Of a DNA stretch of 64,000 nucleotides, positions 46,290 through 55,113 are shown piece by piece (position 1 is the first letter of the stretch; each line of letters begins with the position of its first letter). Both the position numbers and the translations under genes were made by a program. Origin of the DNA: Euprymna scolopes. Lineage: Eukaryota. The DNA lies in the NCBI GenBank assembly GCA_053919585.1, contig JBSSHM010000205.1. The stretch is one strand, 5' to 3'. The notes under the pieces are model-generated. The model was not told where the DNA came from. It ran no database searches and saw nothing but the letters and a program-made list of their open reading frames with translations.

Positions 46290-46636
46290 TACGATTCCTC
46301 CTGTCCGTATTGATATTTAAGTTGTTCGAAGCTGATTTCTTCGCCGTATCTGTGGTATATATTACAGGTTTTATTTTGCATGTCAACCACTAATCGTACA
46401 TATTTACAAGCCGTGTTCTTCCACCATACCCAATCTCCATTAGATATGTGCTTATAGAAGAAATCTAATACCTCATTTACAGGGTATCTATTCGCTTCTG
46501 AAGGAAGAGTATCATGCATTACGTGTGCACGACCATCTCTAGTATCTACAGTGAAAGATACTATACGTTTTTCAGAAGTCTTGAGTGTCTCCACTATTTC
46601 GGTAAGAGATGCCCACCTACATACTGCACCTTTCAT
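46289..46636 (-). CDS. hypothetical protein
   Basis: SD. Confidence 0.65.
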   Translation of the reverse strand: MKGAVCRWASLTEIVETLKTSEKRIVSFTVDTRDGRAHVMHDTLPSEANRYPVNEVLDFFYKHISNGDWVWWKNTACKYVRLVVDMQNKTCNIYHRYGEEISFEQLKYQYGQEES

Positions 46637-46644
46637 AGTACCTC

Positions 46645-47379
46645 CTACGAGAATTCTGATACTGTCTCTAGTTCCGCCATTGCGTGACAGTAACGCTCTT
46701 CGATAGCATCAAACGCTTCAAGTGACAGCATATCAGAGATAGTGTTGTTGTCAAACGCTTTAGCTAGACGAGATGCAGTTGCTGCAAACTTCTCCATAGA
46801 CTCAAACATCTTGATCTCTTGCTCAAACTCTTCATTCGCATTCTGCATTTCTCGGATCACAGAATCATTCTTGTTAGATGCAGCCTGTAGTTTGGTGAAC
46901 ATATTCTTCTTACGTGCGTAGAAGCGGTCTTTTGTCGGGTCAGTTTGATCCAATTCATGCTTAAGCTTGTTTAGGTCACCTACCAAGATAGCTCTGTCGG
47001 AAATAGCTGCCTGTACTTCTTCTTTCTTCGTAATCAGGATACGTTTTAGTGTGATGATTGCGTTCTCTCGCGCTTCCTTGATACGTTGTTCAATAATCCA
47101 GTTATGAACTTTCTCCGCGATAATAGAATCCAAACCTCGCATATGTCGGATAGCCATGATACCTGTAAAGCCGAACAACACGGTAACTACGATTACAAAG
47201 ATACCTTGGATTACCTGAAGAACGATCATACCTGCGAAGGCTAGAATCGCTAGAAGGATACCTACGAAAAACACATTACGGATAGTGTTTGTGAAGGTTT
47301 TATCCTGTTGAGAAGTAAGCTCTTCAATCTTACTCTTCGTTTCGTTTTTGATGTTCTTAAAATCAGTTGCTGCTGTCAT
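46645..47379 (-). CDS. membrane-anchored coiled-coil protein (PspA-like architecture)
   Basis: two TM helices, then a long helical region. Confidence 0.65.
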   Translation of the reverse strand: MTAATDFKNIKNETKSKIEELTSQQDKTFTNTIRNVFFVGILLAILAFAGMIVLQVIQGIFVIVVTVLFGFTGIMAIRHMRGLDSIIAEKVHNWIIEQRIKEARENAIITLKRILITKKEEVQAAISDRAILVGDLNKLKHELDQTDPTKDRFYARKKNMFTKLQAASNKNDSVIREMQNANEEFEQEIKMFESMEKFAATASRLAKAFDNNTISDMLSLEAFDAIEERYCHAMAELETVSEFS

Positions 47380-47595
47380 ATTGATTCTCCTGTCTGGTTA
47401 ATATACTGAGTATTCTACATAAAGATTTACTCATGTCAATACTAGTCATCTAAAATTTCGTATTTTAGGTAACGACCGCCACTTAGTTCATACGCATGTG
47501 CTACCCAGATTTCCATATCCTCTCGGGACATCTCAGGATGGTCAGATTCCCAGACCTCTCCTGTATCGTTATGAGATGTACGTAACCTTGCCACC

Positions 47596-48054
47596 CTAGC
47601 CTCCTAAGACTTTCTTAGCTTCTTCTACGGACTTCACAAGGTTGGTGTGAGTCTTACTCAGTGCGTTGTGACGGTTTTGCATCTCGATGTACATGTTTGC
47701 TAACTCATAAGGAGTCTTATCACGTACTAGCTTCTCTGCACGACGTAGGTCTATACCTTCTTGGAAATCTATCTTACGTTCTGCTAGGTCGAATACATCT
47801 TTAGGTAGTTTACGTACCTTGTCGATGGTCGGGTGTTTGAACGTACCGAAACAAATCACATCTTGAGCGCGAACAAAACCGATAACTTCACTACCTTTTA
47901 CCTTATCATGGGAATCTAATGCCAACGGTGCTACCCATTTACCTTTGAACTTTTCGCAAAGATACTCTACTAAGAAATTCCATTGGTCTTCTGTGAAATC
48001 TTCACGAATTACGTAGTCTCCGTGGATAAACTCAAATGTATCTGAAATCTTCAT
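47596..48054 (-). CDS. hypothetical protein
   Basis: SD. Confidence 0.7.
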   Translation of the reverse strand: MKISDTFEFIHGDYVIREDFTEDQWNFLVEYLCEKFKGKWVAPLALDSHDKVKGSEVIGFVRAQDVICFGTFKHPTIDKVRKLPKDVFDLAERKIDFQEGIDLRRAEKLVRDKTPYELANMYIEMQNRHNALSKTHTNLVKSVEEAKKVLGG

Positions 48055-48093
48055 CGTACTCTCCTTTGATTTTCCTTTCTTCGAACCTTCATC

Positions 48094-48330
48094 CTACTGC
48101 CCCATCGCAATAGTTTCTTCCATCTGCTCTAGAGACTTCACAATCTCACGAGCCTCGTCTGCGGTAAGTTCCACTGCACAAGGAATCTTCATTACTGGAA
48201 CCTCACCTTCCGGTTGCATTTTAGTGAATACCTCACACATAAGCGGAGTTGGGTCATTATCCCAATTTACACCGCCATCATGTGTTGTTTGTGGACGCTC
48301 AATACCATGAACTACTTTACGAATTGCCAT
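48094..48330 (-). CDS. hypothetical protein
   Basis: SD. Confidence 0.65.
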   Translation of the reverse strand: MAIRKVVHGIERPQTTHDGGVNWDNDPTPLMCEVFTKMQPEGEVPVMKIPCAVELTADEAREIVKSLEQMEETIAMGQ

Positions 48331-48331
48331 A

Positions 48332-48547
48332 CTACCTCCAAATCTTCTGAATGTATGTCTGTCGACGGTCTGTCAACTTACTCGGGACATGCTTGATACC
48401 TGTCTCTTCTTCTACCAACTCCACTCGGAAGGTACGCGTCTTTACTGCGATAACTGAGCTATGCCAACGTACACCTAAAGCAGAAGTCACCAGTATAAAA
48501 CATGCTACTAATTGGACATAACCACCTAAGAACATCAAAAATTCCAT
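48332..48547 (-). CDS. small membrane protein
   Basis: N-terminal TM segment, SD. Confidence 0.6.
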   Translation of the reverse strand: MEFLMFLGGYVQLVACFILVTSALGVRWHSSVIAVKTRTFRVELVEEETGIKHVPSKLTDRRQTYIQKIWR

Positions 48548-48606
48548 AACACTCCTCCTTATAGAAAAAATACCGCACCCGTTATGGATGCGGAGTAGAA
48601 TAGATA

Positions 48607-49743
48607 TTACAGTGTATTCTGAATATCGTCAATACATTTTTGAACTTTCTTAGCTACCGTTTCTGTCTTCCAACGAGAATCTACGCGAAGGTGAAGAAGT
48701 TTGGCTAGGATTCTTACATATCTGTCGTATGTACTCTCTGCGAAACTCGTAACAAAAGCACCCTCTACGATACTGTCGAAAGACCCGTCATTATCTCTTA
48801 AGAAGTTTTTGTACACCTGAACGTTGGAAAATTTCTCACTGTCTATAGCTTCTACGGGGATTACCACGTACGCTCCAGAATCATCAACCTGAACCTCCAG
48901 AGAAGTGTTACCTGCAAACATTGTCTGGACTCTTGGAGCCGTTTCTTGTACCGCTTTCTCCACCAACTCGACCTTATCAGGCGCTTCTACCTCGGCTACT
49001 GCCGCATTGATATCTTTTTCGAACTGTTCGAAAGTCTCAGGATCCATCGTATTACGTGCGTATTCGATAGAGAGTTTATGTATCATCTCATCGAAGTCCA
49101 TGTCGTAATACTCACAATCGTCGATCACATTCTGGATAGCCTCTTTCGCGTAATGTTCTGCGGTAAAACCTTTACGGTCTTCTTCTTGCTGACGTTTCTC
49201 ACGGATCTCTTGACGCTTTTTAAGACGCTCTTTAACCTCATCAGCTTGAAAGAAGAACTCTTTCCCGTCTAGTACTCGTTCAATCTCTTCTTCGGTCATG
49301 AAATCTTTGTAGAAGGTCTCTAAAAAGATACGTGCCTGATGGTTAGCTGCTACTCCGAAATCTTCCATCTGATTAGATGCACCACTATACCCCGTCTGTG
49401 AAGTATGGATCATCATAGACCCTAATGGCATTACCTCGTGAGTATCACACATCAAAAAGATTGCACTACCTGCTGAAGCTGCGGTTCCTTCCAAGATTCC
49501 GTGAAACTGTGCAGGACTTTTTTGAAGCTCTCCGTGCAATACTGCAAGGGTATCTAACCTACCTCCGAAAGAGTTTACGTGGAAGTTTACGAGGTCGTTT
49601 TTAGAATTAGCCTTACGGATGTAATACAGCTCTTCGTGCCACTCACTAGGTTTAGAGATATCACGGTCAAACATGATATCAATTTCCAGTGCACGAGGAT
49701 TCTCTAGAGTTCGTGTTGCTGCGTACGGTACTGTGTCTGACAT
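48607..49743 (-). CDS. clpP: ClpP-family protease with C-terminal extension
   Basis: VNSFGG, GTAASAGSAIF (catalytic Ser), MMIH. Confidence 0.8.
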   Translation of the reverse strand: MSDTVPYAATRTLENPRALEIDIMFDRDISKPSEWHEELYYIRKANSKNDLVNFHVNSFGGRLDTLAVLHGELQKSPAQFHGILEGTAASAGSAIFLMCDTHEVMPLGSMMIHTSQTGYSGASNQMEDFGVAANHQARIFLETFYKDFMTEEEIERVLDGKEFFFQADEVKERLKKRQEIREKRQQEEDRKGFTAEHYAKEAIQNVIDDCEYYDMDFDEMIHKLSIEYARNTMDPETFEQFEKDINAAVAEVEAPDKVELVEKAVQETAPRVQTMFAGNTSLEVQVDDSGAYVVIPVEAIDSEKFSNVQVYKNFLRDNDGSFDSIVEGAFVTSFAESTYDRYVRILAKLLHLRVDSRWKTETVAKKVQKCIDDIQNTL

Positions 49744-49752
49744 TAGACCTCC

Positions 49753-49989
49753 TTATAAATTACGTTGTTTTCTATGTTCTTTGAAGTATTGAATATCTTC
49801 CAGAAGCTTAGGTAGTCTGTCTAACAATACTTCATCTGTTAGATTTCTCATCCCCTTTTCAATACGGTCTTTATCACTTTCCATAGTGTTGCATGAGAAA
49901 TCGTTCAAGTCGTCATCCTTACCTTCTATAATAAGGTGGATATCCTGTGCCTGATTTTCGATACTTTCTAAGAACAACTTCTCTACCAT
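49753..49989 (-). CDS. hypothetical protein
   Basis: GGAGG SD. Confidence 0.6.
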   Translation of the reverse strand: MVEKLFLESIENQAQDIHLIIEGKDDDLNDFSCNTMESDKDRIEKGMRNLTDEVLLDRLPKLLEDIQYFKEHRKQRNL

Positions 49990-50003
49990 AGTTAATCCTC
50001 CCA

Positions 50004-50183
50004 TCAGATAAGACCCTCTGATTGGAGTTCCTTAAGGGTTACTAGGCGTTCTAGTTCCGTCAAAGATAACTCCTCGATTTGGTTCTCCGACATACCTACC
50101 TTCTTCGCTCGTTTAAGTAACGCAACTTTATCCAATACGATGTTAGGGGAACCTACTGTTACTCGGTATGATTTAGTGTCCAT
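50004..50183 (-). CDS. hypothetical protein
   Basis: AAGGAG SD, ATG at 50183. Confidence 0.55.
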   Translation of the reverse strand: MDTKSYRVTVGSPNIVLDKVALLKRAKKVGMSENQIEELSLTELERLVTLKELQSEGLI

Positions 50184-50246
50184 GTGTTTCTCCTTCTGCT
50201 TAGTTAGTAAGAGGAGTGTACTCACGGACACTCCATAAGTCAAGGT

Positions 50247-51641
50247 TTAAAAGTTTTCTTCTACAAACGCTGCTACACGAGAACGTTGTACTTCCCCTAA
50301 ACGAACTACCTTAGCGAAAGGTTGTCCGTGGAACTTCTCAGTAGCGTAAGTAAGACCTGAAGAACGCGGACTGATGTAGTCGTTGTCAATCTGACCTAAG
50401 TTACCCATGATGATTACTTTACAGTACTCACCTGCACGAGACAGTACCGTCTTAGCTTGGGATGGTGTAAGGTTCTGGAACTCATCGATAACCAAGTACG
50501 TATGGTTGATTGAACGACCGCGCATAAAACCTAAGTTCTTGAAGAAGATAAACGCATCTTCATTATCAGGACTCATACATACTGAGTGTTCCGGAGAGAA
50601 CTTCTTGTTCTTAGAATCACGAGCGATAATCTTCATGTTATCGTTACATGCCTCAAGCCAAGGTGCCATCTTCTCAGCTTCACCACCTTTAAGGTAACCG
50701 ATCTCCTTGAACTGAGTATCGTTACTACGAGAGAACACAATCTCTTGCATACGGTAAGATTTCTTCTTACCTTTAACAATCTCGGTACCACCTGCCATAG
50801 CCATAAGGGTCTTACCTGTACCTGCCGCACCGTCAATAATAACGATATCTACCTCTTGGTCTAGGATAGCATCCAAGGTGATGGCTTGTAGAATGTCTTT
50901 AGGTCGGATACCTGCCGCATTACGTCGCATCAAACTGTCTACATTGTGGAAAGTAAAGATCGCATACTCTTCACAATCGGATTGCCCTTCAAGACGCGCA
51001 GCGATACCCTCTTCCTCGTTAAGAAGCCAATCGTTTATACCGATATCCTGCTCTACCTCTTCAAGTAGGTCTGCTACACACTCTGCAAGGATATGTGTCT
51101 CTCCGCAAGATTTAGCTACTACACTATCTTTAGGGAGACTTTCCAACCATTTAGGTGGAAGTTCTACGTAGCCTTGAGGGAGTAAGTCAGGGTCTTCTAC
51201 GATGATATCGCTATTAAATTCCTGAACATTTTTAACACCTACTCCGATAGCCTTAAGTCGCATACAGACATCATTAGATACCAGTACTACTTGGTCACCG
51301 AAGTTATCTTGTAGTCGGAACGTGTTATTGATGATATGGTCATCATTACACGTAGGTTCGATGAATTGTTCCTCTTCCTTCTTCAGAGTTTGAAGGATGT
51401 ACAACTTACCGCCCGTTGGTAGGTCAACACCTTCATTGATTGGATCTTTACTACCGATTAGCTCGTCTAGTTGACGAATTGCTGCACGGGCATCTCTTGC
51501 TATGTCGCGGTCAGAGCTCTTCTGATGGTCGAGCTCCTCTAAAACGGTTAACGGAATGCATACATCGTTCTCTTCAAACTTAAGTACAGCTTGAGGATCA
51601 TTCAGCAACACGTTCGTATCTACAACATACTTTTTCAACAT
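50247..51641 (-). CDS. phoH: PIN-PhoH protein
   Basis: YVVDTNVLL PIN motif, GAAGTGKT, FMRGRSI, IDEFQN, GNLGQID. Confidence 0.92.
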   Translation of the reverse strand: MLKKYVVDTNVLLNDPQAVLKFEENDVCIPLTVLEELDHQKSSDRDIARDARAAIRQLDELIGSKDPINEGVDLPTGGKLYILQTLKKEEEQFIEPTCNDDHIINNTFRLQDNFGDQVVLVSNDVCMRLKAIGVGVKNVQEFNSDIIVEDPDLLPQGYVELPPKWLESLPKDSVVAKSCGETHILAECVADLLEEVEQDIGINDWLLNEEEGIAARLEGQSDCEEYAIFTFHNVDSLMRRNAAGIRPKDILQAITLDAILDQEVDIVIIDGAAGTGKTLMAMAGGTEIVKGKKKSYRMQEIVFSRSNDTQFKEIGYLKGGEAEKMAPWLEACNDNMKIIARDSKNKKFSPEHSVCMSPDNEDAFIFFKNLGFMRGRSINHTYLVIDEFQNLTPSQAKTVLSRAGEYCKVIIMGNLGQIDNDYISPRSSGLTYATEKFHGQPFAKVVRLGEVQRSRVAAFVEENF

Positions 51642-51792
51642 AAGGTTCCTCCTTATTAACGGTATTTGACCCAGTTCTTTTTGTTACGTGGAGATGCTAG
51701 TTCAATTCTCCACATAGGATTTGCGTAATCTGCAAGCCACGGAACTTGCGTAGCCCACAGAATACCAATCCACAATTTAAGCTTCTTTTTCA

Positions 51793-52512
51793 TTATGCCT
51801 CATTGTTACTTGCTTTGCCATTATCAACGATCGGTGGCGGTACTAGTGAAACTTTTGCTGATGGATTACGGTAACCCAATACGCGGCTTACATCAAACAT
51901 ACGTTCGTTTACTGCATTAGACTGATTACCACCAATCACACGGATCTGTTTCTTATCTTTTGTGATACCTGTTACGAATCCGACGTGACCACCTTTTCCG
52001 CGAGAAAATACCACGATTGCTCCTAACATAGGGCGATCAAGTTCGTCCCCATAATCAAGATAATTTCTAGCCCACGCTGTACGGGCGGAGCGGATACCAC
52101 TGCGTTCAATCCATGCAGAAACTGCACCTGAACACCACGGAGTTTCATCATCTTTAATACCTCCTAATTTTGCATCTTTCCAGATTTGTAAGACATTGAA
52201 GTTATGGTCTTCACCTTCGATCTCTGCAACAGCATAGTCATGTAGTGCCTCTACTAACCACCAAGGTAGGTTTTGACCGAAGTGTTCTACGTACTTGATA
52301 AGAGCTTTCTTTGCTACGGTCTCTTGGAAGATACCACTACATACAGTACCATTATCAGAGTTGTAAGGTGCTACCTGTTTTACTACAGCCTTTGTACCAT
52401 TACCATAGATACCATCTACCCCATTAGTATCATAACCTAACGATACTAGGTGTTGTTGCATCATACGGACATCTTCATTACTTTGCCCATATTTGATCGT
52501 GTTACGCGTCAT
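51793..52512 (-). CDS. endolysin: peptidoglycan-binding domain plus TIGR02594-type CHAP/NlpC-like peptidase
   Basis: VDGIYGNGT, DDETPWCSG, GHVGFV, GGNQSN. Confidence 0.85.
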   Translation of the reverse strand: MTRNTIKYGQSNEDVRMMQQHLVSLGYDTNGVDGIYGNGTKAVVKQVAPYNSDNGTVCSGIFQETVAKKALIKYVEHFGQNLPWWLVEALHDYAVAEIEGEDHNFNVLQIWKDAKLGGIKDDETPWCSGAVSAWIERSGIRSARTAWARNYLDYGDELDRPMLGAIVVFSRGKGGHVGFVTGITKDKKQIRVIGGNQSNAVNERMFDVSRVLGYRNPSAKVSLVPPPIVDNGKASNNEA

Positions 52513-53174
52513 TAAACTTTCTCCTTGACGATATCGTTGAAACTTACCTGAAGGTCGTACCCGCTCTTAAAGAGTCGGCGGTTATTGTGCTGGTATATGC
52601 GTTCACCGTCGACTTTAATCACCCAGAACTTCTCATCAACACCTTCTCCACAAGTATCTCCTTCTTTTAACTCATCCTTCAAGAACTGCAACTGTTCTTC
52701 TGACAGATGTGTAGGTTCTAGTACTAGGAACTGTACTAAAGGGTTCTTACGTGACACTTCACAGAAACAAACTTCCAAGTTGTCGAAATTTTGAGAATCT
52801 AAGATGTCCATTTGTGCCAGTTCGGCTTTACGACGTTCCACCTGTTCAACAATAAACTGGATAGGTGTATCGGTAATCCCTTTAAGAGTAGCCCATGTGG
52901 AGAGGATTCTGTAAGTGATGTCTTTACACCCTCTTTCCTGAAGCTTGGACTTATTAGCACTTCCAAACCTACTATTCCATTTACCGGAATAGGCAACCAT
53001 ACCACTATCTAAGATCTGCTCTTTACCGTACGTAGATACAAAAGGGAAGTGCAGGTTTACATACTCTCTTAGACAATCTGGGAATCTTGATGGGTCGAAG
53101 AATTGGTCATCCTCATATCCCACCGTCGCAGACTTAGTGCCTAGTTGTAAAATGATTTCGTATTGGTCGCTCAT
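52512..53174 (-). CDS. hypothetical protein
   Basis: 220 aa, SD. Confidence 0.72.
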   Translation of the reverse strand: MSDQYEIILQLGTKSATVGYEDDQFFDPSRFPDCLREYVNLHFPFVSTYGKEQILDSGMVAYSGKWNSRFGSANKSKLQERGCKDITYRILSTWATLKGITDTPIQFIVEQVERRKAELAQMDILDSQNFDNLEVCFCEVSRKNPLVQFLVLEPTHLSEEQLQFLKDELKEGDTCGEGVDEKFWVIKVDGERIYQHNNRRLFKSGYDLQVSFNDIVKEKV

Positions 53175-53233
53175 AAATCCTCCTATTTAATTGGGTACCT
53201 TTTCAAGATACCCACTCATTATTAATAAGTCAA

Positions 53234-54505
53234 CTATTTTGTCAGAACTTCTACCGTCTCTGTATAACCGCCTAGATGTTGCTCTCCTGAGAACACTTGA
53301 GGGATTGTGCGCATACCTAATTTCTCAAACTCCTCTGGGTACAAGTCTACATCTACTACCTCATAGCTGATGAAATGTTTCTCCAAGAAGGTTTTCAACT
53401 TCGTACAGTATGAACACCACTGTGCACTATATACCTTCAAGGTGTTCTCTGGACGGTACGTGACCTCTGTAGGGGTATTATCGATACGTGCCATCTGATA
53501 CTTACCATAGTCGATGTTACCTTTTAGAGGGTCGTGAGAGTAGTCTGTTACGCGTTCTTCGAAGAAGTTAGTGTGCTTCTTACCAGACAATACCCAATCC
53601 ATCCAAGGTAGAGGGTTTTCAGTCTCTTCGTAAAGCGGCTTCCAACCCATCTGTCTCATACGCAGGTTTGCTAGGTACTTAATGTAGTCCTTCATATCCT
53701 GCTTGGTCATATCCTCTTGGTCACCGATTTCATAAGCTAGGTCGATGAACAGATATTCTGCTTCGACAAACGCCTTAGTGATCTTCTTCACATAAGCGAT
53801 GATTTCTAATTTGTCTTCTTTCTTGAAATTCTCAAGCTCCATCAAGAAGATTCGCATGTTGTTCGCTACATGTTCTTCCTCGTCCCTTAAGCTCCACTCG
53901 TTGACTTTATTAGTACCTTGCATCAGACCTACACGACGAAGATTTAACATACTTGCAAAGGCTCCGAACAGACAGATACCTTCTGCTAGGAATAGACGTG
54001 CAAGAGTCTTCATGAAACCTTTCTTAGTCGAAGGATCCGTATCAGCACCACCGTACATCACATCAAGTTTACCTTGCATCTGTTCATACTGCATGAACTC
54101 CCCCCATGTAGTTTCTGGGAAGTCTAGAGCTTCTACCGCAGCAGCGTATGCACGTTGGTGAGTCGACTCTCGTGCAGCAGCTACCATGAACCAGTTACGT
54201 ACTTCGTTATTACCTACATGAGGAAGTAGTTGGCAATACAATTCACCTGCCGCCACGTCAAGTTGGGTGAATAGGTTCAAAACTTTTGTTAAGATTGCTT
54301 TGTTAACTTCGTGACTTACGTTATCTGTCTTCAATCCATCTTTAGAGTGGTACTGTTTGATATCATCACTGAAATCCAACTGGTGTGTTGACCAGTATAA
54401 ATCAATCTCATGACGTTCCGCAGCTTCCATTAGAAAAGGATATTTGAAAGGGCGGTAAACTTTGGTCTGGTCAAAAATACTGGTATTATCTATCTTTGTT
54501 GTCAA
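53234..54505 (-). CDS. nrdB: class I ribonucleotide reductase beta subunit with C-terminal glutaredoxin fusion
   Basis: RESTH..AY, EGICLFGAF, RDEEEH, NFFE.RVTDY, then WCSYC..TIPQVF..GGY. TTG start at 54505 after GGAGG. Confidence 0.92.
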   Translation of the reverse strand: MTTKIDNTSIFDQTKVYRPFKYPFLMEAAERHEIDLYWSTHQLDFSDDIKQYHSKDGLKTDNVSHEVNKAILTKVLNLFTQLDVAAGELYCQLLPHVGNNEVRNWFMVAAARESTHQRAYAAAVEALDFPETTWGEFMQYEQMQGKLDVMYGGADTDPSTKKGFMKTLARLFLAEGICLFGAFASMLNLRRVGLMQGTNKVNEWSLRDEEEHVANNMRIFLMELENFKKEDKLEIIAYVKKITKAFVEAEYLFIDLAYEIGDQEDMTKQDMKDYIKYLANLRMRQMGWKPLYEETENPLPWMDWVLSGKKHTNFFEERVTDYSHDPLKGNIDYGKYQMARIDNTPTEVTYRPENTLKVYSAQWCSYCTKLKTFLEKHFISYEVVDVDLYPEEFEKLGMRTIPQVFSGEQHLGGYTETVEVLTK

Positions 54506-55113
54506 TTTAATTCCTCCAATCTGTTTATAAGTGTGCTTTGATACTTTCTCAATCCACGTACATTCTCTTCTGTATCTTGAAGGTTTATGAAATGTTCGCA
54601 CCTAGAGATTTTAGCTTCTAACCACATTATTTCTGCTGTTATTAGGTTATCCGTGTCTCCTAACCATACCGCCTTATTGTCTATCGATATGTCCACACGA
54701 TACCTATTAGTCTTATAGTCAGGGTTTTCACTTACCCCGAAAGGGAGTTCATTAGCGTTTCGGACAGCACCAACTACAAAACCATTTGTTCTTTTATCCA
54801 CCATGAGGCAAGTATCTGGACTGTATACTTTAGAAGGATTTAGGATATCTTTATCGATAACAAAGCCCTTCTTAAACCTAGGTCTTACCCATTTTTCAAA
54901 ATTAGAGAAAAGTAACCATTCATCGCAAACAGTAGTACCTATGTATGCAGGATGGGTTTCTAAGAACTTCTCTGAATAACACCTCTTAAGGAGACCCCTC
55001 CAACAATCATATATAGGACATGTCCAGTACGGTTTTCCTTTACCTCCGGTAGCCACGGAGTAGGTGGCATCGTTAATACCTACTCCGTATATTGGTTTCC
55101 TAGGTCTGCCCAT
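54502..55113 (-). CDS. free-standing HNH-type homing endonuclease
   Basis: YGVGIND, WRGLLKRCY, VCDEWLLFSNF, IDKDIL, YSPDTC. Lies between nrdA and nrdB. Confidence 0.8.
   Translation of the reverse strand: MGRPRKPIYGVGINDATYSVATGGKGKPYWTCPIYDCWRGLLKRCYSEKFLETHPAYIGTTVCDEWLLFSNFEKWVRPRFKKGFVIDKDILNPSKVYSPDTCLMVDKRTNGFVVGAVRNANELPFGVSENPDYKTNRYRVDISIDNKAVWLGDTDNLITAEIMWLEAKISRCEHFINLQDTEENVRGLRKYQSTLINRLEELN

Noticed and set aside
54506-54601. N-terminal extension of NrdB in the ORF track
   Set aside because: It overlaps the endonuclease. SD plus TTG at 54505 fits better.
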